Below, one piece after another: positions 1 to 7,379 of a stretch of DNA of 64,000 nucleotides. The notes under the pieces are model-generated. The model was not told where the DNA came from. It searched no databases and worked only from the letters and a program-made list of their open reading frames with translations. This DNA comes from a virus, in IMG/VR virus record IMGVR_UViG_3300032242_002636, positions 1-64,000 of that record; one strand, given 5' to 3'. The translations under genes were made by a program, and so were the position numbers. Numbering within the stretch: position 1 is the stretch's first letter; the number at the start of each line of letters is the position of its first letter.

Positions 1-37
1 TCTCTAGAGTAAAACTCAATACACAACCACTTTTTTC

Positions 38-66
38 TTGCAATTCTCAATAAAAAGTTATAAGAT
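38..66 (+). promoter_or_regulatory. sigma70-type promoter for the ribozyme-containing ncRNA
   Basis: TTGCAA(38-43)-17 nt-TAAGAT(61-66); TSS expected at about 72-73. Confidence 0.7.
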
Positions 67-74
67 ATAAAAAT

Positions 75-160
75 AGTCGATGTAATGCTACCATGCGCCT
101 GTCTCAAGTCAGGGGAGAGTTCGGATAACGAAGCCGATAGAAAAGCAGAGAGCATAGACT
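75..160 (+). ncRNA. Twister self-cleaving ribozyme (type P1), predicted cleavage U83^A84
   Basis: P1 75-82/153-160, UAA 83-85, P2 UGCU/AGCA 86-89/144-147, P4 CCUG/CAGG 98-101/110-113 with loop UCUCAAGU, pseudoknots AC(90-91)/GU(108-109) and CUC(103-105)/GAG(150-152), conserved GA 148-149, P5-position hairpin 121-137. Confidence 0.88.
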
Positions 161-214
161 CGTCTGGTGTTACGATACCGAGGTACACGGTGAGCATTAG
201 ACGTTAAACAAACG

Positions 215-260
215 AAATGAGGGATTGGGTATTAGTCATACTCAGTCCCTCATTTTTTTT
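215..260 (+). terminator. Rho-independent terminator
   Basis: 17-bp stem AAATGAGGGATTGGGTA/TACTCAGTCCCTCATTT followed by a T-run. Confidence 0.9.
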
Positions 261-289
261 ATTAGGTTGACTGCTTAAAAGGATAGATG

Positions 290-317
290 TTGAATATCAA
301 AGTTGTTGTGTTATAAT
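290..317 (+). promoter_or_regulatory. sigma70-type promoter (extended -10) for small ORF/purA unit
   Basis: TTGAAT-16 nt-TATAAT with TG at the extended -10 position. Confidence 0.6.
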
Positions 318-329
318 ATAAACAATTAG

Positions 330-509
330 ATGCGCTCAAAAAGGAGAGAATTGATTTCAAAACTTGGAATATGCCCACCAGAATTGGTAAAAGCATTTGC
401 TCCTGTTCGTGCTCGTATTAAAAGGGCTGTTGACAGTTGCTCTAAAACTGTTACACTAGAGCAAGCAATAGAACAAATAAAAAAATTCAATGAGACTAAA
501 ACAAATTGA
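330..509 (+). CDS. small hypothetical protein (59 aa, not in ORF track)
   Basis: MRSKRRELISKLGICPPELV...KTN*; follows the promoter and overlaps the purA start. Confidence 0.5.
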   Translation: MRSKRRELISKLGICPPELVKAFAPVRARIKRAVDSCSKTVTLEQAIEQIKKFNETKTN

Positions 510-1503
510 ACATGTAGATATTATTGTGGGTCTTGCTTGGGGAGATGAAGGCAAGGGAAAAATCTCAAGCGCACTTGCAAAGAACTATGATATGGTATGT
601 CGTTGGAATGGTGGACCTAATGCTGGTCATACTGTTTATATTGATGACAAGAAGTACAAGACTCATCTTATTCCATCTGGAGTATTTCATGGAAAGCCTT
701 CTATCATTGGTCCTAACTGTGTAGTTAATATCAGTAAATTTTGGGAGGAGATGGAATATCTTAAAGAGAACGGATTTGATACTTCTTTAGTAAAGATCCA
801 TCCTCATGCTCATATGATTACCAAAGATCATATTAAGTTTGATTTGGATTATCTCAAACCTAAATTAGGAACTACAGGTCAAGGTATTGCTCCTTGCTAT
901 GCAGCCAAGGCAAATCGTGTAGGAGTACAAATCAAAGATTCTTCCATAGATCCACAGTATTATTGGGATGGTCATCTTGAAGGAAAGATTCTCTGTGAAG
1001 GCGCACAAAGCATTTGGCTTGATGTGAACTATGGAGATTATCCTTATGTGACAAGTTCCGAGACCTTTCCTCATAATGCATGTTCTCTTGGATTCTCTCC
1101 TAAGAAGATTCGTAATATTATTGGTGTTGCAAAGATTTATGATACCAAGAGTGGAGTAGATCCTTTGTTTCCTGAGAGTCTTTGGGAGAATGAAGAACTC
1201 AATAAGATTATCGAAGAAGGCAAAGAATTTGGAACTACTACTGGTAGAAAGAGACTTGTAAATTATCTGAATATGCCAAAACTTTTACAGGCTATTAATC
1301 TCTCTGGAGTAAATAAACTTATCATCAATAAATGTGATGTCTTGGAAAAGTTAAATATTAATAAACTATGGATCAATCAGGTTCGCACCTACGGTTCCTT
1401 CGAAGAAGTAAAGGATGTAATAAGACTTTATATTTCTACAGGAAATGTTAATGGAATGAACGATTCTGATATTGTCTTTTCAGGAGATGTGACTAAAATA
1501 TAA
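490..1503 (+). CDS. purA: adenylosuccinate synthetase (short form)
   Basis: WGDEGKGK, GGPNAGHT, GTTGQGI, EGAQ, YPYVTSS, GTTTGRKR, NKCD motifs. Confidence 0.95.
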   Translation: MRLKQIEHVDIIVGLAWGDEGKGKISSALAKNYDMVCRWNGGPNAGHTVYIDDKKYKTHLIPSGVFHGKPSIIGPNCVVNISKFWEEMEYLKENGFDTSLVKIHPHAHMITKDHIKFDLDYLKPKLGTTGQGIAPCYAAKANRVGVQIKDSSIDPQYYWDGHLEGKILCEGAQSIWLDVNYGDYPYVTSSETFPHNACSLGFSPKKIRNIIGVAKIYDTKSGVDPLFPESLWENEELNKIIEEGKEFGTTTGRKRLVNYLNMPKLLQAINLSGVNKLIINKCDVLEKLNINKLWINQVRTYGSFEEVKDVIRLYISTGNVNGMNDSDIVFSGDVTKI

Positions 1504-1505
1504 AA

Positions 1506-2132
1506 ATGAGCAATTCAACATCAAGTGCATTTCATGGTCTGCCTTTCGAATCTGGAAAGCAAGGAGAAACTGTATCTGTTCCAAGCATTAGGGACTATCT
1601 AGAAGAGATTTCTAAAGATGATAATGTTAATGTTGATGAATATCTTTCCAATCCTGAAAATACAAAAGCAATAGAAATTAGGAGTAATATTAACATGCTT
1701 CCTGATATGTTACTAAATCCTAAAATGACCTATGATTGGAAAGATAGATTACTTTCGTTATGGATTCAGTTTAAAAATATAAAGTATTGTGGATATAACC
1801 CTTTTGATTTTGCTATATATCCAGAATATAATAACCTTTTCTATATATTTAAAAAATCTACTCCTTGGAATAGATTCAAATATTTTATAAGATCACAAAT
1901 ACGAGATTTAAGATGGGCATGGGATTATACTCCAGATCATATTGTTCATTATAATAAAAACAAGCCTAGAATAGGTTGGTTTGAAAATAAAATAAAAGAC
2001 TTGTTCTTTTTAAATTGGGATAATAATAAAAATCAAACAATAAAAGAATTAAAGGAAAAGGGATATCGTGTAGAAAATAATCGCATCTGGCATGAACCTA
2101 TTTCTATAAATGAGGATAAAAAAATAATTTAA
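1506..2132 (+). CDS. hypothetical protein
   Basis: 208-aa ORF directly following purA. Confidence 0.7.
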   Translation: MSNSTSSAFHGLPFESGKQGETVSVPSIRDYLEEISKDDNVNVDEYLSNPENTKAIEIRSNINMLPDMLLNPKMTYDWKDRLLSLWIQFKNIKYCGYNPFDFAIYPEYNNLFYIFKKSTPWNRFKYFIRSQIRDLRWAWDYTPDHIVHYNKNKPRIGWFENKIKDLFFLNWDNNKNQTIKELKEKGYRVENNRIWHEPISINEDKKII

Positions 2133-2137
2133 TTTTT

Positions 2138-2208
2138 TACCCGATGGTGTAATGGTAACACTTCAGAATTTGGATCTGACATTCATGGTTCGAGTCCATG
2201 TCGGGTAG
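2138..2208 (+). tRNA. tRNA-Gln(UUG)
   Basis: acceptor TACCCGA/TCGGGTA, anticodon arm TCAGA-ATTTGGA-TCTGA, GGTTCGAGTCC T-arm; no encoded CCA. Confidence 0.92.
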
Positions 2209-2209
2209 T

Positions 2210-2632
2210 TTATTTTTTCTCTAGTATATTTTTAATTTCCTCTAGAAGAATTTTCATTTCTGCTCTTTCGTCTTTAGCCTTTAAAATATAATCCAAAGCA
2301 GTTTTATCTATCCTTATATCTTCTGCTAATTTTTTTATAATAATATTAGTTTCTTCATCTATTTGAACATCATGTATTAAATGCGTTCTATCTCTATCAC
2401 TTTGTCTATTAGATGACATTAAAATCAAAGGAGTAGCATAAGCAGCCTCAAATGAGAGAAAGAGATTGAGAAAAATAAAGGGATATGGATCAAAATTTAC
2501 AATCTTAAATGTATTTAAAGCTATCCAAAGAGTCAGTAGTATAGATTGAATTATAATAAATTTCCAAGAGCCTATAAATTCGGTTATTATATCGGCTAAT
2601 TTTATTCCAAATTCTTTTAGATTGACATTCAT
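2210..2632 (-). CDS. DUF1003-type membrane protein
   Basis: FIGSWKFII...FDPYPFIFLNLFLS..AAY..PLILMSSNRQ; two TM helices. Confidence 0.85.
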   Translation of the reverse strand: MNVNLKEFGIKLADIITEFIGSWKFIIIQSILLTLWIALNTFKIVNFDPYPFIFLNLFLSFEAAYATPLILMSSNRQSDRDRTHLIHDVQIDEETNIIIKKLAEDIRIDKTALDYILKAKDERAEMKILLEEIKNILEKK

Positions 2633-2659
2633 GATAATTATTATATACTTATTTTTTAT

Positions 2660-3199
2660 ATGAATTTTAAAGATTATTATAATAGAGAAAAACCTACTAT
2701 CTATGTTGATATGGATGGAGTTCTCTGTGATTTTAAGAATCCTATTACAAAAGCATTAGGAAAAATTTCCTATGATGAAGTAACCCAAGAAGATGTTAAT
2801 GAATACTTTAAGACAAATGATGTCAAAGATTTTTTTGCAAATTTACCAAAATATCCATATTCTGACTTTTTAATTAGATTTATCATCAATAAAGTAGGAA
2901 AATATAATATCTGTTCTCGTCCAATGGAAGAATATCCCAAGCCTACTATAGAAGGCAAAAACATATGGATTGATAGGGAACTGAGAGAAAAACCAGAACA
3001 GAGAATCTTTACCTTTAATAAAGAAGATTATGCAATTTCTGAATATGCTATGGGAAGTTCAAAGCCTAATATCCTAATTGATGATTGGTATAAAAATATA
3101 GATGCTTGGAAAAAGGCAGGTGGTATTGCTATTCAATATGATGCTGATGAGGATAGTATGGAAGATCTTATAAAAAAATTATATAAGTATATGGGATGA
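2660..3199 (+). CDS. 5'(3')-deoxyribonucleotidase (NT5C, HAD family)
   Basis: IYVDMDGVL motif I, ILIDD motif IV. Confidence 0.85.
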   Translation: MNFKDYYNREKPTIYVDMDGVLCDFKNPITKALGKISYDEVTQEDVNEYFKTNDVKDFFANLPKYPYSDFLIRFIINKVGKYNICSRPMEEYPKPTIEGKNIWIDRELREKPEQRIFTFNKEDYAISEYAMGSSKPNILIDDWYKNIDAWKKAGGIAIQYDADEDSMEDLIKKLYKYMG

Positions 3200-3396
3200 T
3201 ACACGAATTTAACCATCCTATACCAGTAGTAACTCCATTAGGTGATGCTTATGTGATTTATGTAACTCATAGTGGAATGTTTGAAAATGATGTGTTCACT
3301 GTTGCTCTTTGTGAAGATGGTCAGATAAGACATTTTGCTAGTGATCAGATCAAAATGTATATAAATGCAACCTTTGGTATAGGAAAAGGTAAATAA
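3196..3396 (+). CDS. hypothetical protein
   Basis: 66-aa ORF with ATGA overlap to the upstream gene. Confidence 0.65.
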   Translation: MIHEFNHPIPVVTPLGDAYVIYVTHSGMFENDVFTVALCEDGQIRHFASDQIKMYINATFGIGKGK

Positions 3397-3400
3397 TAAT

Positions 3401-3709
3401 ATGAATAAAAAAGATTTAACCTCATTAATGGAAGCATATGATACTTTGGCTACACCAAATGAACAAAATGCTACCTCTACAGAACTCTCAACAGTTGCCG
3501 ATGTAACAACACAGACAAGTTCAGAAGGCGATACACAAGAAGAAAGAAAGAGTATGATTGATTCCAACCTTAAGACTATTGGGCAACATCTTTCAGAAAT
3601 CGAACAAGCTATAGGACAAGGACATGAAGTAGAGCCTTGGATGGAAGAAAAGATTGCAGTTGCAACAGATTCAATAGTTAGAATCGCTAATGCAATTAGA
3701 AACCGATAA
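3401..3709 (+). CDS. small late protein with KD-type leader, putative internal head protein
   Basis: MNKKDLTSLMEAY leader; TAAATA at 3390; helical C-terminal domain (PWMEEKIAVA). Confidence 0.7.
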   Translation: MNKKDLTSLMEAYDTLATPNEQNATSTELSTVADVTTQTSSEGDTQEERKSMIDSNLKTIGQHLSEIEQAIGQGHEVEPWMEEKIAVATDSIVRIANAIRNR

Positions 3710-3845
3710 AGATCCAGAAACTAAAGCTAAACAACTTCAGGAAGTCCTAAAGGCAGTAGGTGATAAACTCAGAAGTGATCCCATTCGTCTAGAGGCATAT
3801 AGAAAATTTAAAGCTAATTTTCTAAAGAGAAGATATATTGGTTAA
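3690..3845 (+). CDS. small hypothetical protein (51 aa, not in track)
   Basis: MQLETDKDPETKAKQLQEV...RRYIG* fills the gap. Confidence 0.4.
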   Translation: MQLETDKDPETKAKQLQEVLKAVGDKLRSDPIRLEAYRKFKANFLKRRYIG

Positions 3846-4358
3846 TTTTTTAATTCTGTATCTCTTATTATAAGATGATCTTTTGGTGTTTTTAGTATTT
3901 CTACCACAAAAAGTTTCGGTCTGAGAGTGACAATTAGGACAAAGCAATCTCAAATTTGATGGGAAATTATTATCAGAATTACCATCTATATGATCTACAT
4001 GTAAAGAAATTTCTTTATCCTGCCAATTCGATAGTTTACAAATTTCACACTTATATCCTTTTTTTTCACTTAAGTACTTTCTTAAAGTTTCTGAATGACA
4101 ACTTTCTCCGTTTTCTATTCTTTTTGTTGTATCGGTTTCGAATCTATATCTGCCACAACATTTATTACTGCAAAATTTTCCGTTTGATGATTTAACATGG
4201 TAAACAAACTCTTTTTTACATTGTAAACAAATAGATTCTTTACCTGTTTTTTTCCTTTTAGGATATTTCGAACCATTTAATTTAGCTGCACAAGATCTAT
4301 TGCAGAATTTTTTAGCATATTTGTTTGTTATTTCTTTATTACATGTTGCACATTTCAT
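3822..4358 (-). CDS. HNH endonuclease with N-terminal Zn-ribbon repeats (putative homing endonuclease)
   Basis: CxxC..FCxxxC repeats; CEIC...HVDHIDG...N...NLRLLCPNCH. Confidence 0.88.
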   Translation of the reverse strand: MKCATCNKEITNKYAKKFCNRSCAAKLNGSKYPKRKKTGKESICLQCKKEFVYHVKSSNGKFCSNKCCGRYRFETDTTKRIENGESCHSETLRKYLSEKKGYKCEICKLSNWQDKEISLHVDHIDGNSDNNFPSNLRLLCPNCHSQTETFCGRNTKNTKRSSYNKRYRIKKLTNISSL

Positions 4359-4409
4359 ATTAATACTTACAATAGTCTGTGTACATATTCAAATAGTCTG
4401 GGTTTTGAT

Positions 4410-4437
4410 TTGACATTTGTATTATATATGTTAATAT
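4410..4437 (+). promoter_or_regulatory. sigma70-type promoter for tRNA pair
   Basis: TTGACA-16 nt-TAATAT. Confidence 0.65.
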
Positions 4438-4453
4438 ATAAATATATAAACAT

Positions 4454-4527
4454 GGGAGGTTAGTTTATCGGTAAAACGCTTGGTTTACATCCATGAGTGA
4501 GTGGTTCGACTCCACTACTTCCTACCA
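4454..4527 (+). tRNA. tRNA-Val(UAC)
   Basis: cloverleaf, anticodon loop TTTACAT, GGTTCGACTCC, 3' CCA. Confidence 0.88.
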
Positions 4528-4535
4528 CTTTAATA

Positions 4536-4612
4536 GGAACTGTAGCTCAATTGGATAGAGCATTTCGCTACGGACGAAAAGGTTAGAGGTTCGAGTCCTC
4601 TCAGTTCCGCCA
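4536..4612 (+). tRNA. tRNA-Arg(ACG)
   Basis: GGAACTG/CAGTTCC acceptor, TTTCG-CTACGGA-CGAAA, 3' CCA. Confidence 0.95.
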
Positions 4613-4618
4613 AAATAT

Positions 4619-4647
4619 TTGACAAGTATAAAAATAAGTGATATAAT
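4619..4647 (+). promoter_or_regulatory. consensus sigma70 promoter, leaderless
   Basis: TTGACA-17-TATAAT; ATG 6 nt after -10. Confidence 0.85.
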
Positions 4648-4653
4648 AGGAAA

Positions 4654-5172
4654 ATGTCTTCGTATATTTTAACTCCAGAAATAATTCAAATATGTGAAGA
4701 GTTTGCTGAAAATTGTTTTCCTACAAATAGGATACAGTACACAAAAAGAAATCAAACCAATCCTGAAAAAATAAAAAAAGATATTAGGATTGGAAAAATG
4801 GGAGAATTTGCTGTTTATAATTTAATGTTAGAAAAGAAGGTTAAGAACATCACTAAACCAGATTTAAAGATTTATTATGAACATAATAAGAGCTTTGATT
4901 CTGATTTAAAATGTGATAACTATAATCTTCATGTAAAATCACAATGTCTAGAATCTGCATCAAGATTTGGAATAAGTTGGACATTTCAAAAAAAAGATCC
5001 TATTGTTATCAGACCATCAATTTATGATTATTTTATAGGTACAATAGTTGATGAAAAGAATAAAAAAATAGAAATCAAGCTTTCAAAACCAGTTAAAAAC
5101 TTAATTTTTGGTGAACCTGTTTTAGATATTCTTAAGAAAACAAAAATTTGTGTATATCTAAAAGATAATTGA
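4654..5172 (+). CDS. hypothetical protein, possible PD-(D/E)XK nuclease fold
   Basis: GKMGEFAV...D..SD....LHVKS pattern. Confidence 0.55.
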   Translation: MSSYILTPEIIQICEEFAENCFPTNRIQYTKRNQTNPEKIKKDIRIGKMGEFAVYNLMLEKKVKNITKPDLKIYYEHNKSFDSDLKCDNYNLHVKSQCLESASRFGISWTFQKKDPIVIRPSIYDYFIGTIVDEKNKKIEIKLSKPVKNLIFGEPVLDILKKTKICVYLKDN

Positions 5173-5196
5173 CATTTATAAAATTTCATCTATAAT
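5169..5196 (+). promoter_or_regulatory. sigma70 promoter, leaderless
   Basis: TTGACA-16-TATAAT; ATG at 5203. Confidence 0.8.
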
Positions 5197-5202
5197 ATAA
5201 GA

Positions 5203-5475
5203 ATGCCAACTATTAGAATTCCAGTACCTCTTAGAAAGATCACAAACGATCTAGAAGTTATATCAATAGAAGGATCTACTATTGGTGAAGTCTTAATGAT
5301 GCTTTGTTCAAGATATCCAGAATTATATGATAGGTTATTTGATACAGATTCAAATGTTCGTAGATTCATTAATATATTTCTTAATGATGAGGACATTAAG
5401 TTTCTTAAAGATCTTGATACAGAAGTTAAAGAAACTGATGAAATTTCTATAGTTCCAGCAATAGCAGGAGGCTAA
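5203..5475 (+). CDS. MoaD/ThiS-family ubiquitin-like protein
   Basis: beta-grasp pattern, FINIFLNDED, C-terminal IVPAIAGG di-glycine. Confidence 0.92.
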   Translation: MPTIRIPVPLRKITNDLEVISIEGSTIGEVLMMLCSRYPELYDRLFDTDSNVRRFINIFLNDEDIKFLKDLDTEVKETDEISIVPAIAGG

Positions 5476-5478
5476 TTT

Positions 5479-5829
5479 ATGAAGAAAGTATTAAAACCAG
5501 CAGAAAGAGAAGAAGCGGCTTACTATTCCGATTTCACAGGAAAGCCTCTTAGTCAATGTAGACCAGAAGTTGATCTTAAAATGTCTTTTGGTTATGAATC
5601 AAAATATGATGGAGCACGTTTTACTCTTCATTTATCAGATGAAGATGCTGATCAGATTTTAAAGTTTCTATCTACCAAAATTTCTAATGATTGTAGGAAA
5701 GAGATACAAAAGAATCTAGAGCAGCTTGATGTTCAATATGATGATGCTATGGATTCTCGTGCGTGGGGAGAGTGTGATTTACTCCACAACAACAGAGAAG
5801 TCTATAAGAAACTTCTTAACCTTGAGTAA
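5479..5829 (+). CDS. hypothetical protein
   Basis: 116-aa ORF co-oriented after the MoaD-like gene. Confidence 0.65.
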   Translation: MKKVLKPAEREEAAYYSDFTGKPLSQCRPEVDLKMSFGYESKYDGARFTLHLSDEDADQILKFLSTKISNDCRKEIQKNLEQLDVQYDDAMDSRAWGECDLLHNNREVYKKLLNLE

Positions 5830-5836
5830 GTAGTTC

Positions 5837-6751
5837 GTGCAGTTTAACGACTATTATAAAGCCAGTAACATCAATGAATGTACTTCTGTTGGTATCTCAA
5901 TAGAAGGTAAGGTTATTTTAACCAAGAACAGAGATCGTACATATTATCCTAGAATAAAAATTGTTAGAGAGTTAATAAATGGACTTGAAGTAGCCTATAT
6001 GTATGATGAGGATACTGACTATTCAGAGGGAATGAATGAAGCTCATATCGGTATTTTAAATACTACTCTTCAAGGTAAAAAAGATGAAAATGAAGGTAGT
6101 AGTAAAAACAAGGGAAAACGTCTTAGAAGATTAAGTGGTGATGGTCATAAAATTAGAACTGCTTTAGGATATACTGATCCTGAAAAGGTTGTAAAATCAT
6201 TAGATCTATTTGATAGAGGTCTTGGTGGTCATACTACTGTTGCATATGAGAATGGATTTATTTCAATTGAAAAGTTAAAATTTGGAAAACCAGTTATCAA
6301 AAAATATGATAAAAATGGTGTTATCGTAAGAGCCAATCATGGTATTGCATATCCAGATCAGGGATATCAATTTGGCAAAGATAGAGAGTCAACACTTTCC
6401 AGAGTATTTTGGGCTACCAAAGAAGCAAGACTTGCTATCAGTCCAGAAGATTTATTAAACAAAATGAGAGAACACCATCAAGGAGTTCATGGTTATCTTG
6501 AACCATATAGAACCAATTATAAAGTATGGACATCATCACAGATACTTTTAAATGTAACTGATTTACAAATGATATTTGTAGTTGATGAAAATGCTGATTT
6601 TATTGGAATTGAAGATAGAATTCCAAAAGGACATACACCTAAAATTGATATACAAATTCAGAAGTTAGAAACAAAATTTGTCACCAGAGATGCAAACTAT
6701 AAAGGTGACGAAAGAGAAAATACAGAAGATACTACAAATTTTAGCTTGTAA
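5837..6751 (+). CDS. Ntn-hydrolase (Cys nucleophile; peptidase C45/C69, choloylglycine hydrolase-like) with 14-aa propeptide
   Basis: E|CTSVG...ILTKNRD, EGMNE, RANH, S..R motifs; GTG start after TAAGTA. Confidence 0.75.
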   Translation: MQFNDYYKASNINECTSVGISIEGKVILTKNRDRTYYPRIKIVRELINGLEVAYMYDEDTDYSEGMNEAHIGILNTTLQGKKDENEGSSKNKGKRLRRLSGDGHKIRTALGYTDPEKVVKSLDLFDRGLGGHTTVAYENGFISIEKLKFGKPVIKKYDKNGVIVRANHGIAYPDQGYQFGKDRESTLSRVFWATKEARLAISPEDLLNKMREHHQGVHGYLEPYRTNYKVWTSSQILLNVTDLQMIFVVDENADFIGIEDRIPKGHTPKIDIQIQKLETKFVTRDANYKGDERENTEDTTNFSL

Positions 6752-6776
6752 TTCTTAAATAAATATCATATCATAT

Positions 6777-7376
6777 ATGGATATGAATCAACATTTACGT
6801 CAAGAAACGGTTTTGGTACTCAATAGATGCTGGCAAGCAATTCATGTAAAAAGTCCAGCAGAAGCGTTGTCGATGATGTATGATGATTCTGCAACAGGAT
6901 TGAATATCATAGGAAATGATTGTATGGTTCCTCTTCGTTGGACTGATTGGGTGAATCTTCCTTATGATGAAAATGACTTATATATTAAGACTGTTAATGG
7001 AAGTATTAAGATTCCAAAAGTAATAGTTCTTTCCAAGTTTGATAAGGTTCCTAGAAAGCGTCCTAAATTTACTACAAGAAATGTTTGGATTCGTGATAAC
7101 GGTACTTGTCAATATACAGGCAAAAAGCTTAATCATAGTGAGGGAAATATTGACCATGTACTTCCAAAGAGCCGTGGTGGTGTTACAAGCTGGACTAATT
7201 GCGTATTAGCGCATAAAGAAGTAAATGCTAAAAAAGCAGATAAGACTCCCGAAGAATCAGGTCTTAAACTTCTTCGTAAGCCTTCAGCACCCAAGGATAT
7301 GCCTGTTACTTTTTACATTAGGAATAAACATAATATCAGAGAATGGGAAATCTTCCTTAAAGATTTTACAAATTAA
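6777..7376 (+). CDS. HNH endonuclease (McrA-like)
   Basis: VLVLN..WQAI, RDNGTCQYTG, IDHVLPKSRGG..SWTNCV...N..K. Confidence 0.9.
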   Translation: MDMNQHLRQETVLVLNRCWQAIHVKSPAEALSMMYDDSATGLNIIGNDCMVPLRWTDWVNLPYDENDLYIKTVNGSIKIPKVIVLSKFDKVPRKRPKFTTRNVWIRDNGTCQYTGKKLNHSEGNIDHVLPKSRGGVTSWTNCVLAHKEVNAKKADKTPEESGLKLLRKPSAPKDMPVTFYIRNKHNIREWEIFLKDFTN

Positions 7377-7379
7377 TAT

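Noticed and set aside
83-205. 6S RNA
   Set aside because: A closing stem and bubble are possible, but it is too short and lacks a long apical rod; not supportable without a covariance search.
161-212. Pistol ribozyme (CGUCU...AGACG-UUAAAC resembles pistol P1)
   Set aside because: The P1 loop is far too long, and the pseudoknot partner and P2/P3 elements are missing.
73-260. Purine/ZTP/PRPP riboswitch controlling purA
   Set aside because: No aptamer consensus, no evident antiterminator, and purA has its own downstream promoter; twister explains the structure.
490-1503. PurZ (2-aminoadenine genome)
   Set aside because: The motif is GDEGKG with catalytic Asp, not the GS(T/E)xKG of PurZ/PurZ0; no datZ or mazZ is recognisable nearby.
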